Shown here: in pieces, positions 36,401 to 47,400 of the stretch
Position numbering within the stretch: the first letter of the stretch is position 1
How the letters are laid out: every line of letters begins with the position of its first letter
DNA from: Pedosphaera sp.
Lineage (GTDB): Bacteria > Verrucomicrobiota > Verrucomicrobiia > Limisphaerales > SIBH01
Reading direction: 5' to 3'
Assembly: GCA_031414955.1 (NCBI GenBank)
Contig: JANOQV010000030.1
Location: forward strand, 1 to 64,000
DNA length: 64,000 bases
The notes under the pieces: model-generated
Told to the model about the DNA's origin: nothing
The model's input: the letters and a program-made list of their open reading frames with translations, nothing else
Databases searched by the model: none
Position numbers and translations under genes: made by a program

Positions 36401-39400
36401 CCAGGTGACGGTGGAGTACGCGACCTTCAACCAGACCGCGACCTCGGGCGTGGGCAACGATTACACCCTGAAGGCGGGGACGCTGACCTTCGCCTCCGGA
36501 GTGACGAACCAGACCATCAGCGTGACGATCAACAATGACACCGCCTCGGAGAATGAGGAGTGGTTCGGACTCCGGCTCACGAACGTAACCGGCGGCGCCT
36601 CGCTCTCCCTCAGCAATACCACCGTGCTCATCCTCGATAACGAGCCGAGCAGTCACGGCAGCGTCGGCTTCGCGTCCGGCGGGTTCTCGGTCAACGAGAG
36701 CAACGCCACGGCCACCATTGTCCTGCGTCGGACCAGCGGTGCGCTGGGGGCCATCAACGTATCCCTGGCCTCCTTTGATTTCCCGCCGGCCAACGGCAAC
36801 GCGCGCTCCAACGTGGACTATGTTGAGCTCACGACCAACGTGACCTTTGCCACGGGCGTGCTCACTCAGCTCGTGACGGTGCCGATTTTTAACGACCATT
36901 TCGTGGAGGGGAACGAGCAGCTCGGTCTCACCATCACCTCGGTTTCCGGTGGCACCCTGGGCTTCCGGAGTAACGCGGTCCTGACTGTTGTGGACGACGA
37001 CTCGTATGGCGTGCTCTCGCTCACCGAGGTCAATTACTTCGTCAACGAACTGGGCTCCAGTGTCCTGGTCAACGTCGTGCGCACGGCCGGCGATGCCGAG
37101 GAAGTGTCGGTGGACTTCGCCACCACGGCGCTCACCGCCACCGATGGCGCGGATTATCGGGGCACCAACGGCACGCTGATCTTTCCCGACGGCGTATTGA
37201 GCGCGAGCTTCACCATTGCGATCCTCAACGACCCGGACCTCGAATACAACGAGACGCTCGCCATCACGCTGACCAATTTTCAGAAGGCGGGACAGGGAGC
37301 GTTCACCAACGCGCTGCTGACCATCATCGACGACGAGGCGCTCGACGTGGACGCCGGATCGGTGGACACCGGTTTCGAGAGTCATCCGAACGGGTTCGTC
37401 AACGCGCTCGGGCTGCAATCAGACGGACGTCTCATCATCGGCGGCGACTTCACCACCGTGAGCGGTTTTCCGTTCAACCGCCTCGCGCGACTTACGGTCG
37501 CTGGCACGCTCGATCCCCTGTTTCATCCCGGCTCGGGCGCGAACGACAAGGTTCATGCCCTGGTCGTGCAGCCGGACAACAAGATCATCATCGGCGGGCG
37601 CTTTACCCAGTTCGACACCACCAACCGCGGACGGGTGGCCCGGCTTAAGGCCGACGGCACCCTCGATGCCTCCTTTAATCCGGGTGCGGGAGCGGACAAC
37701 CCGGTCTTCGCCCTGGCGCTCACACCGCAAGGCAAGGTCGTGCTGGGCGGCTCCTTTACCACGGTGAACGGCGTCACGCGTCCCAACGTCGCGTTGCTCG
37801 GCACCAACGGCACGCCGGACGTGGGCTTCAACACCGGCGCGGGCGTGAACGGAACCGTGTATGCGGTGGCCGTGCAGCCGGACGGGAAGATTCTCATCGG
37901 CGGAGATTTCACGACCGTGAACAACACCAACCGGGCCCGCATCGCGCGGCTCCACCCGAACGGTTCGTTGGATTTGAGTTTCAACGCGGGCAGCGGTCCG
38001 GACGCGGCCGTGCGCGCCCTCGCAGTGCAGGCGGACGGATTCATCGTCGTCGGCGGATCTTTCACCAACCTCAGCGGTGCCTCCGCCCGGCGCATTGCCC
38101 GGCTGACGCCTCTGGGCGCGATGGATTCCGGGTTCACGCCCGGTCAGGGCACGGATGGACCGGTGCTTGCGCTCACGGTGCTGCCGAACAACCAGATTAT
38201 CGCGGTGGGTGACTTTCACCTTTTCAACGGCGTCAGCCGCAACCGCATCACGCGCTTGAACGCGAATGGCACGGTCGATCCGACCATCAACTTCGGCACC
38301 GGGGCGAACAGTTTCATCTCGGCTGTGCTGGTGCAGCCCAACGAAGAGATCGTCGTGGGCGGAGGGTTCACCGAGTTTAACGGCACCCCGCGCGATTACG
38401 TGGCCCGTCTGGTCGGAGGGCAGAATCCCGGCGCCGGTGAGTTCGCCTTCCTCAGTTCCGTCTTTTCCGTGGATGAGAACGGCACCAATGTCGTCATCAC
38501 GGTGCGGCGGCTGGGCGGAACGACCGGATCGGCGCAAGTGCATTTTGCCACGTCCGACGGCGTGGATTTTCCGCCCTACGTCGGCGCGGTCGCGCCCGGC
38601 GATTACGCCGAGACGAACAGTGATCTTATTTTCCCGCAGGGCGAGACCCTGCAAACCTTCCTGGTGCGGGTGAACAATGATTCCGAGGTCGAAGGCGACA
38701 AACTCCTCTTCCTCTCCCTCAGCGCGGCGACGGCCGGGGCGGGGATCAATGCGGCCGGGGCCGATGCGGCGATGATCATTCGTGAGGATGATTCCTCGGT
38801 GGGCTTTATCACCGCCAGTTTCAGCGTGAACGAGGGGGCCGTGGCCGGCCACGCCAGCATCACTTTGCTGCGGACCGGTTCAACGAACTCGGCGGTGTCC
38901 GTCCTCTTCACGACGCTGCCGGGCACGGCCACGGCCGGGCCGGATTACACGCCCACCGCTGGACTGGTGCTGTTCGGCCCCGGCGAAACCGCGAAGGTCA
39001 CGACGGTGCCGGTCTCGGAAGATGCCATAGTCGAGGGGTCGGAGACGGTGGACCTGCTGTTGATCAGCCCGGTGGTGGTGAACCGGCCGGACTCGACGGC
39101 GGTGCTGGGCCTGAGCACGGCCACGCTGACGATCGTGGACAACGATTTCCTGCCCGGTGAATTCACCTTGGTCGTGGCGAGCAACTTCGTGAACGAAGGG
39201 GCCGGACTGGTGACGATCACCGTGCTGCGCACGAACGGCAGTTCCGGGATCGTCTCGGTTGATTATTCGCTGGTGGACGGGACGGCGGTGGCGGGCCAGG
39301 ACTATGTGAACACCAGCGCGACGCTTTCCTACGCCGACGGCGAAACGGTGAAGACCTTTCAGGTGCCGATTCTTAACGACGCTTTCCTGGAAGGAGACGA

Positions 39401-41444
39401 ATTCCTGAATCTGGTCCTCTCCAACCCGCAAGGGGACGCCACGCTGGGCGCGATGACCTCCTCGATCCTGAACATCCTGGACGACGATTACATTGGTTTC
39501 TCGACCAACATCTTTTCCGTGAATGAGTCCGACGGGGTGGCCACCATTACCGTGCTCCGGGCCGGCAACACCAACCTGGCCTTCTATGTCGATTTCACCA
39601 CCAGCAATGGCACGGCCCAGGCGACCTTCGATTACGCCGTCACCAACGGCCGGCTGTCGTTCGCCGCCGGGGAACTGAGCCGGACGTTTGACGTGCGCGT
39701 GTTTGACGACGCGCTGGTCGAGCCGGTGGAAACGGTGATCCTGCTGCTGACCAATGCCTCGCCCAATGTCGATCTGAGCGGCGTGGTTTCGGCCCAGTTG
39801 AACCTCATCGACAGCACCAAAGTGGTCTCGTTCAGCACCAATGCCTTCTCGATCGGGGAAGGGGAGACCAACGCCACGATCCAGGTGGTGCGGGCCGGGA
39901 ATCTGGCCGACGGACTCACGGTCACGTTGAGCACGCACGATCTCACCGCCGGCCACGGCTACGATTACACTGGCTTCACGAACTTGATCACCTTCACCAA
40001 TGGCGAAGTGGTCAAAACCGTGCTGGTGCCGATCTATGACGACACCCAGCCGGAGTTCACCGAGACGTTGGTTCTTTCGCTGGCCCCGCCCGGCTCGGGT
40101 TATGTCACGAGCCCGAGCAATGCGGCCTTGAGCATTGTGGACAATGATTTCGGGCCGGGCTTCCCGGACACCTCCTTCGATCCCGGCGCGGGCGCGAGCC
40201 GCTTTGTGCGCGCGCTGGCCTTGCAACCCGATGGCCGGCTGCTGGTCGGCGGAGCCTTCACCAACTTCGGGAACGTGAATTTGAACTACCTCGCGCGGCT
40301 GCTGACCAACGGAGTGGTGGACACGAACTTCACTCCGGGCACGGGACCCAATGCGCTCGTCTCCAGCTTCGGCCTGTCCTCGGGCGGCCACATTGCGGTG
40401 GGTGGTTCGTTCTCGACTTACAACGGTTCCAACTTCAACCGCGTGGTGCGCCTGACCAGCAACGGCCTGCCCGATGCCCTGTTCACTCAGCCGACTACTT
40501 TTGACGCCGCAGTCCATGCGCTCGTCTCGCAGGTGGACGGGAAGATCGTGGCCGGCGGTGCCTTCGCGCTGCCCCTTTCCCGTGTGGCCCGGGTGCGGGT
40601 TAATGGCACCCTCGACTTGCAGTATGATCCCGGCACGGGCGCGGATGGGACGGTGCATGCCCTGGCCCTCCAGCCCGACGGGCAGGTCGTGCTGGGTGGC
40701 ACCTTCACCAACGTGGCGGGGTTCACCTATCCTCGCCTGGCCCGGCTTGGTTCCAATGGTGTGGTGGACTCGACGCTGCTGCCCCTCACCATCACGAACG
40801 GAAACATCTTTGCCCTGGCCCTCACCCCAGGCGGAAAAATCCTGATTGGCGGCAACTTCCGATACGTGAACGGCGTGGCGCGCGGCGGGATTGCGCGCCT
40901 TCATGCCGACGGGTCGCTCGATACCGGCTTTGCGCCTTTCATCGGCGTCACCGGCACGGTGTATACGGTCAGTGCGCTGGCGGACGGCTCGGTCTTCATC
41001 GGCGGTGATTTTACTTCGGTGAACGGTCTGCCCCGGAATCGCTACGCGTTGTTGCAAGCGGGCGGGGCGGTGGAAACCACCTTCGACGCCAGCCTGGGCG
41101 CGGACAACACGGTCTATGCTTCCTTGGTCACCTCGGATCAGAAGATCGTCATCGGCGGTGATTTCACGACCGTGGGCGGGCTGACGCGGCGCGGTGTGGC
41201 GCGCTTGAATGTGGGCGATGCCACGGCCTTTTCGGTCTCGGGTCCGTACCTCTCGTTTAAGGCCGCGCGCATCCGGCTCAATGCCGTGCCGGGACGGGCC
41301 TACATTCTGGAAGGCAGCCTGGACCTGTCCACCTGGTCGGGGCTTTCGACCAACGTGGCCGCCGGCGTATTTTTGGATCTCACGGATCCCAATGCGGACA
41401 TCAACAGCCGTCGCTACTATCGGGCGCGGCGTTTTGGACCCTGA
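33492..41444 (+). CDS. Giant exported Calx-beta / delta-60 repeat protein (adhesin-like) with C-terminal domain, about 2650 aa
   Basis: Start MRTLLF at 33492, signal cleaved near ATA|QT. Calx-beta arrays alternate with three blocks of delta-60 repeats (QPDGKILIGGDFT...RIARL..DGSLD.SF.PG.G). Ends RRYYRARRFGP. Confidence 0.9.
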   Translation: MRTLLFAAAVKRGFAGFFGLVILCLAAPVATAQTIEFLPGAPSVYENGLGGGTNVTIIVTRSPAIGISTVDFSTADGSATSPADYTGAAFQLSFTNGESFKVISILVVDDLLQEGTETFFVRLDNVVGGTLGASSNVTVTIFDNDNFFRFIPTTNQLVLEDQTNAVILVERVGDLNGSASVDFFTRDGTAVSAPPALADFTSQSGSLIFTNGQGTNELLIPITEDCRIEPTEFFQVVLTNGIGGTVDPLADVMTVGIANNDTAAGTVEFGALSVDVLPLVLGDPVNPLIYEHLTRVITVRVVRRQACDVNNVPVAFGGAATVDVNDLNNGLFDCPGTDLARRGIDYTIPGMNGNGVLTLNLPNANPVTFTILVTEDLFVELDEAIRLQLSIPNQTPLPALGDRRSQNIIIRSDELPAGGVVPYYNPLSILNPTPGANNAVYAVAVVPFTVPQSGGMSYLGGDFTGVDGVVRNRIARVNSFGLVDTGFDPGSGADGFVETIAVQTDGRVLIGGGFTSVNNVSRAGVARLNEDGSLDAGFLPGNGVQGIVHSIVLQPDGMILLGGEFDAYNDQPVRNVARLFPNGLLDISFDPGVGPDGAVWSLALSPFGPEVYAGGDFTTFANQTRNHIVRLTGTGGVDAGFVPLFGADDAIYSITVTANGQPMVAGAFTQFDGQARAGVARLTANGLLDPTFDPGTGVEGTVYSLQLQANGQPIIAGDFLSVNGTPRKSIARLNLDGTVDTSFLDVHYNQTQPGVDGFINAVGLDFTGNLMVGGTFATVGGGLDTFGGMVTNAVTPKFNYAQLMGGANPEAFNMPGNVQFVSAQYSIDENVLGGFLTITMVRTNGRYGPLTVNCRTEDGTAVADVDYVGQSNTVTWADCEFGILTFTIRILDNALIEGNRTFKLVVSDPISVGGVAPAYPSLAARSKATVTIIDNDFPRGVLGFSQPVFTAGEADGNALVTVTRTNGSVGQVTVEYATFNQTATSGVGNDYTLKAGTLTFASGVTNQTISVTINNDTASENEEWFGLRLTNVTGGASLSLSNTTVLILDNEPSSHGSVGFASGGFSVNESNATATIVLRRTSGALGAINVSLASFDFPPANGNARSNVDYVELTTNVTFATGVLTQLVTVPIFNDHFVEGNEQLGLTITSVSGGTLGFRSNAVLTVVDDDSYGVLSLTEVNYFVNELGSSVLVNVVRTAGDAEEVSVDFATTALTATDGADYRGTNGTLIFPDGVLSASFTIAILNDPDLEYNETLAITLTNFQKAGQGAFTNALLTIIDDEALDVDAGSVDTGFESHPNGFVNALGLQSDGRLIIGGDFTTVSGFPFNRLARLTVAGTLDPLFHPGSGANDKVHALVVQPDNKIIIGGRFTQFDTTNRGRVARLKADGTLDASFNPGAGADNPVFALALTPQGKVVLGGSFTTVNGVTRPNVALLGTNGTPDVGFNTGAGVNGTVYAVAVQPDGKILIGGDFTTVNNTNRARIARLHPNGSLDLSFNAGSGPDAAVRALAVQADGFIVVGGSFTNLSGASARRIARLTPLGAMDSGFTPGQGTDGPVLALTVLPNNQIIAVGDFHLFNGVSRNRITRLNANGTVDPTINFGTGANSFISAVLVQPNEEIVVGGGFTEFNGTPRDYVARLVGGQNPGAGEFAFLSSVFSVDENGTNVVITVRRLGGTTGSAQVHFATSDGVDFPPYVGAVAPGDYAETNSDLIFPQGETLQTFLVRVNNDSEVEGDKLLFLSLSAATAGAGINAAGADAAMIIREDDSSVGFITASFSVNEGAVAGHASITLLRTGSTNSAVSVLFTTLPGTATAGPDYTPTAGLVLFGPGETAKVTTVPVSEDAIVEGSETVDLLLISPVVVNRPDSTAVLGLSTATLTIVDNDFLPGEFTLVVASNFVNEGAGLVTITVLRTNGSSGIVSVDYSLVDGTAVAGQDYVNTSATLSYADGETVKTFQVPILNDAFLEGDEFLNLVLSNPQGDATLGAMTSSILNILDDDYIGFSTNIFSVNESDGVATITVLRAGNTNLAFYVDFTTSNGTAQATFDYAVTNGRLSFAAGELSRTFDVRVFDDALVEPVETVILLLTNASPNVDLSGVVSAQLNLIDSTKVVSFSTNAFSIGEGETNATIQVVRAGNLADGLTVTLSTHDLTAGHGYDYTGFTNLITFTNGEVVKTVLVPIYDDTQPEFTETLVLSLAPPGSGYVTSPSNAALSIVDNDFGPGFPDTSFDPGAGASRFVRALALQPDGRLLVGGAFTNFGNVNLNYLARLLTNGVVDTNFTPGTGPNALVSSFGLSSGGHIAVGGSFSTYNGSNFNRVVRLTSNGLPDALFTQPTTFDAAVHALVSQVDGKIVAGGAFALPLSRVARVRVNGTLDLQYDPGTGADGTVHALALQPDGQVVLGGTFTNVAGFTYPRLARLGSNGVVDSTLLPLTITNGNIFALALTPGGKILIGGNFRYVNGVARGGIARLHADGSLDTGFAPFIGVTGTVYTVSALADGSVFIGGDFTSVNGLPRNRYALLQAGGAVETTFDASLGADNTVYASLVTSDQKIVIGGDFTTVGGLTRRGVARLNVGDATAFSVSGPYLSFKAARIRLNAVPGRAYILEGSLDLSTWSGLSTNVAAGVFLDLTDPNADINSRRYYRARRFGP

Positions 41445-41471
41445 CGGACAGCAGCAATTTTGCGAAGAACT

Positions 41472-44400
41472 ATGAAGAGTATTTTCGAGCGAGGCAGTGT
41501 GAATCAACGCCCCGGTCCGATCCGGGGCTGGGCCTGCAAAGTGTTTCTGCTGCTGATCGCGTTCGCTTCCAGCCTCGTCCCGCGACTCGCCGCGCAACAG
41601 CCGGTGAACGACAATTTCACCAATGCCACGGTCATCGCTGGTTTCGTCGGGAGCGCCCTCGGCATCACCACCGGAGCCACGGCCGAGCCGGGCGAGCCGA
41701 ACCACTGGCCAACCACGCTCACGGGCCGGTCGGTCTGGTATTCCTGGGTTGCGCCGGCGGACGGCACGGTCAGCATCGACACCCTGGGCAGTGCTTACGA
41801 TACGATCCTCGCGGTTTACACCGGATCGAACGTGGCCGCGCTCAACCTGATCGCCAATGACGACGACAGCGGATTTGGTCTGGAGAGCCAGGTGATTTTC
41901 TTCGGCGTGGCGGGTACGACCTACAACATCGCGGTGGATGGCTACAATTATAACGACGGGCTGGGGCCGCGCAATGGGCCGTTCCGTCTGAACTGGGCCT
42001 CGGCCACGAACTTTGTCGCGGCTCCGACCAATGAGATTCAATTCGCCGCGACCAACTTCACGGCGGCCGAGAATGCCCCCGGCTTCGCGGTCATCATCGT
42101 CAACTACGGCGGCGGGGCGGCGGGACCTGTTTCCATTGATTACGCCACGGCGGACGGCACCGCCCTGGTCGGAACCGATTACCTCAGGGTGACGAACACC
42201 CTGACTTTTCAAGTGGGCGAGTCGAACAAGAGTTTCACCGTGCCGATTCTGGACAACGCCGTGCAAAACAGTAACAAGACCGTGCTGCTCTCGCTGGCCA
42301 ATCCCACGGGCGGCGCGGTGCTCGGCGCGTTGAGCAACGCGGTGCTGACCATTCAGGATGATGAGACGCTGCCTGTCGTGAGCGCAGCCGGCGTGTTCAA
42401 CTTCTCCCTGCCCGCGTATGTAGTGACAGAGAATGAAACCTTCCGCGCCCCTTTCCCTGGAGCCTCCATCAATTTTCCCTCCCGGAGCCCGCTCGGAGCG
42501 CTGGTGATGGTGACGCGAACCGGTGGTGCCTCTGGCCGGGTGCTGGTGGACGTGGGCGTGGGTGTGGCCGTGGGTGGAGTGTTCCCCCTTACTCAGACCC
42601 TGGCTTTCGACGATCAACAGATGAGCGCGACCTTCGTGGTGGACATACCGCAGGTTGGCGCCGGGATCATCAACCTCACCCTGTTGAACCCGCGGGCGGA
42701 CCCGCTGGAGGATCCGCTCACCATCATTCCCACCATTGGCTTCCCTCTGTCCTCCATCCAGATCCTGGCGGTGAACACGCCGACACCCGCCAGCTACAGC
42801 ATTGAGCGCAGGACTTATCGCGTGGATGAGTACAATCCATTCGATCCGTTCAACTTCGGTCTGACCAACCTGCTTAATTTCATCGACATCGACATCATCA
42901 ACCCCAGCGGACTGGGAGGGTCAGTGGGGATCGAAACGCGGGCCAACGTCTATGGCTACTTGGTCCAGGATGGATCCGACTATCCCGAAGCACAGAACTT
43001 CATCTTTCCCGAGACGCCTTACACCGACGGCTTTGCTGGAATTACCAATTTCATCGATTACATCCCGTTCGATATCACGGTCAACTTTCCGAACGGAACC
43101 ACTCGCCGGACCATCCGGCTGGTGGTGACCAATGATGCCACGGTCGAGTTTAACGAGGATGTGCAGTTGCGGTTGCACGACCCGGACAACCAACATGTCC
43201 TGCGCAACGCCCTGGCCAACGTCACCATCATGTATGACGAGCAGCCGGCTGGGCAGGCCGACCGGGAATGGAATCCGGAAGGCGTCTCGTTCTCACAGCC
43301 ACCTTTCAACGCCACGCCGGGCGCGAACAACACCGTCTCCGCCGTGGCCGTGCAGGCGGATGGCCGGACCGTGCTGGTGGGCGATTTCACGGCGGTGAAC
43401 AGCGTCTCGCGCTTTCGGGTCGCGCGCATGAACGTGGATGGCTCGCTGGACTTGACCTTTAATCCCGGCTCGGGCGCGGATGGCTTCATCGAGGCGCTGG
43501 TCATTTATCCGCCCACTCTTGGGACCAACGGCAACAAGATTCTGATCGCGGGCGGTTTCAGCGCCGTGAACAACGTGAGCCGGCATGGTCTGGCGCGTTT
43601 GAACGTGAACGGCTCGCTGGACAACTCGTTCTTCGTGGGCAACGGGGCGGATGGCTTCGTGCATACCCTCACCCTTCAGTCTGACGGCAAGGTCTTGGTC
43701 TCGGGCGATTTCACCCATTGGAACGACGTGGCCGTGCCTGGCTTGATGCGCCTTAACCAGGACGGCTCGCTCGACCCCTCGTTCAATGCCGGCCTGGCTG
43801 CGAACAACACCATCTGGAGCGTGGCCGTGCGCGACACGCCCCAGTCCATCTTCGTGCCGCGCGATGCGGCCGGCACCCAGTTCGAAGACGTGAACGTGAT
43901 CGAGACTGGATCGACTGCGGGCACCATCACCATTACCTACGACTTTTATGGTATTCCCGACACCATCCGGGTGTTTTACCAAGGGGCCATGATCCTCGAT
44001 CTCACCACCAACCTGGCGGGGAGTTTGACCCTCGCCTACGGTCCCGGCCTGGCCACGGATTTCACCATCATCATGAACCAGGGCATCGGCCTGCCGGGCA
44101 CGGCCTGGGAATACAAAGTTTCGGTCCTGCCCGTCATCACCGCACGCACCATTTATCTCGGTGGTGACTTCACGGAATTCAACGGCCTGACCCGCAACGG
44201 CGTGGTCCGGTTGCTCGACAACGGCACGGTTGATCCGACGTTCGATCCGGGCCTGGGGGTGGACGGCAGCGTCTTCGCGGTGGCGGTGCAGCCGGACAAC
44301 AAGTTGCTGGTGGGCGGCGCGTTTCATCGGTTCCACACCAGCGAGCGCAACTCCATCGTGCGCCTGCGTAACACCGGTGCGCTGGATGCGGATTACAACG

Positions 44401-47400
44401 TGGGCACGGGTTTCAACGATTCAGTCTATTGCATCACCTTGCAGCCGGACAACAAGGCCCTCATCGGCGGCCTCTTCCAGGAGTTTGACGGAGTGCGGCG
44501 CATGGGGCTGACCCGTTTGTTTGTCGGCGGCTCGCTCGACACCAGCTTCATGGACACGGCTTACAACCAGTTTTCCGGCCTGCCCCGGACTTTCAGCTTC
44601 GATCCGCCGCGCTACGTGAATTCCATCGCCCTCCAGGCGGACGGCAATCTCATGATCGGCGGCTCCTTCACCAATCTGGGCGGCAACTACTCGATCTACC
44701 GGGCGATCCGTAACAACTACACGGTCTTCACCCGGGCGGACAAGACGACGCGCTTCAACATCGCGCGCGTCCTGGGAGGCTACACTCCGGGGCCGGGCAA
44801 CACGGAATTCGATCCGTCCGCCTTTCCCTTCACCATTGATGAAAACGGGCCCATCTTCTACGCCACCATGCGCCGGGTGGATGGCCGGTTGGGTACGGCC
44901 CAGGTCATCGCCACCAACTCCAACGTCACGGCCAACAGTCCCGGAGATTTTTTCAACCAGGGCGTTCCGCAAATCTGGCCCGAATTCGCCTACGCCGCGC
45001 CGGACAGCGTGGGTTACGTCGGGGTCAACTATTTCGCCATCCCGATTTTGGAGGATACGTTCCAGGAGGGCGATGAGACCTTCCATGTGGGCGCGGTGAT
45101 TCCCAGCGGCAGCATCACGCTGGGTGGCGAGTTCGTCCCGCTCGGGGCGGCGCGGGGCCGGTTCGACGCCTCGATGGTGACCATTGCCGACAACGACTTC
45201 TCGCCCGGCGAGTTCAACTTCAACCTTTCGGGCTACATCACCAACGAGGGAGCCAGCTTCGCCCTCATCACGGTCATCCGCACCAATGGCACCGCGGGCG
45301 GAGTGTCGGTGGATTATCTGACCCGGCCCGGCCCGGTGGCCGCCGCCACGACCAATGCGGACTTCTCGCCCGTGCGCGGCACGCTCAGTTTTTCCTCGGG
45401 CCAGGCGGTGCGAACCTTCCAGGTGCCGATCGTCAATGACGCGGTGGTCGAATTCGATGAGACCATCACGCTCGTGCTGACCAACGCAACCGGCGGAGCC
45501 AAGCTGCCCGGCGGCACGCCGACCTCCGTGGCCACGGCGACGCTGACCATTGTGGACAATGACTTCCTGCAAGGACGTTTGAACTTTGCCACCTCGGGTT
45601 TCACCAACAACGAGAATGAGACCGTGGCCACGATCATCGTGACCCGCACCGGCGGCAACGTCGGGGCCATGACCGTGCAGGTCAGGACGGCCAATGGCAC
45701 GGCCACTCATCCGGCGGACTACACCGGGGTGACCAACACTTTGAGCTGGGCGGACAGCGACAGTTCGGCCAAGTCGTTCACCATTCCGCTGGTCTTGGAT
45801 GGCCTGGTGGAAGGAACGGAAACCGTGAACCTGTTCCTCTACAACCCCGCCATCAACGGGGCGCTCGGGGCGCGGACCAACGCCGTGCTCGGCATCGCGG
45901 ACGCGGATAATTTCGGCGTGCTCAGTCTGAGCCAGCCTTTCTACGAAGTGGATGAGAACGGCTCCGCGCCGGTCATCACCGTGAATCGCAGCGGCGGCAT
46001 CGCGGGCACGGCCACGGTCAATTTTGCCACCGCCGTGCTCACCGCCACTCCGGGGGTCGATTACAACAATGTCTCCGGCACGCTGACCTTTTTGCCGGGC
46101 GAGACGAGCCACAATTTCGTCGTTCCCATTCTGGACGACCTGGTGCCGGATGGCGACAAAGCCATTCTGATCACGTTGCAGAACGCGACCAATGGCAGCG
46201 TGGGTTCGCTCTCGAATTCGGTTCTCACGTTCATCGACAATGAATCGTTCAACCTGCCGGCCGGTTCGCCCGATCCCAGCTTTCATTCCGTGGCCAACGA
46301 TGTGGTCTATGCTCTCGCCTTGCAGAACGACGGACGCATCCTGATGGCGGGCGAGTTTACCTTGGTCAACGATGTGCCCCGCAACCGGTTGGCGCGGGTC
46401 AAGCCCTCCGGAGTGCTGGACGAGACTTTCAACATCGGCCCTGGCGCCAACGGCTCGATTCGCACCCTGGCCTTGCAGCCGGATGGCAAGCTGCTGGTGG
46501 GCGGTCTTTTCACGGTCATCAACAGCACCAACCGGAATCATCTGGCCCGCCTTGGCACCGATGGCTCCATGGACGCGTTCTTCAATCCCGGTGCGGGCGC
46601 GGATAATCCGGTGTATGCCCTCGCCCTCCAGGGCGACGACAAGATCGTGGTCGGCGGCTCCTTCGCCACGTTCAATGGTTTCATTCGTCCCGGGGTCGTG
46701 CGGCTGAACACCAACGGTTCGGTGGACTTGAACTTCACGCCCGGGACCGGAGTGAACGGGACGGTCTATGCGCTGGCGGTGCAGAGTGACGGGAAGATTC
46801 TGGTGGGCGGCGATTTTACCTCCTTCAATGGCGTGGCCCGGACTAATTTGATTCGCCTCAACCTCAACGGAACGCTCGACAACACCTTTAATCCCGCGTT
46901 CTCCATCAACGGAGTGGTAAGTGCGCTGCTGGTGCAGCCCGACGGAAAGATTCTGCTCGGCGGATCATTCACCAACGTCAACGGAACGCTGCGGCGCGGG
47001 CTGGCGCGGCTTCTGTCCGGCGGTGGGCTGGATGGCTCGTTCCTCGCCGGATGGAGCGGGGCGGATGACGCCGTGTTTGACCTCAAGCAGCAGGTGGATG
47101 GTCGTTTGGTGGTGGCCGGGGCGTTCCGGACCTTCAACGGCGTGACCCGCCGGGGCGTGACCCGTCTGCTCGCAGACGGCGCGACCGATCCGGCGATCAA
47201 CTTCGGGAACGGGGCCAACGCCTTCGTGGCTGCGCTGCTCATTCAGCCCGATCGTCACATCGTTTTTGGCGGCGGCTTCACAGAGTACGATGACCAGGCG
47301 CACGCACACCTCGTTCGGATTTATGGTGGTTCCATCGCCGGCTCGGGCGCGCTGGAATTCAGCGCGCCGCTCTTTACCGCGAGCGAGTCCGGCAGCAATG

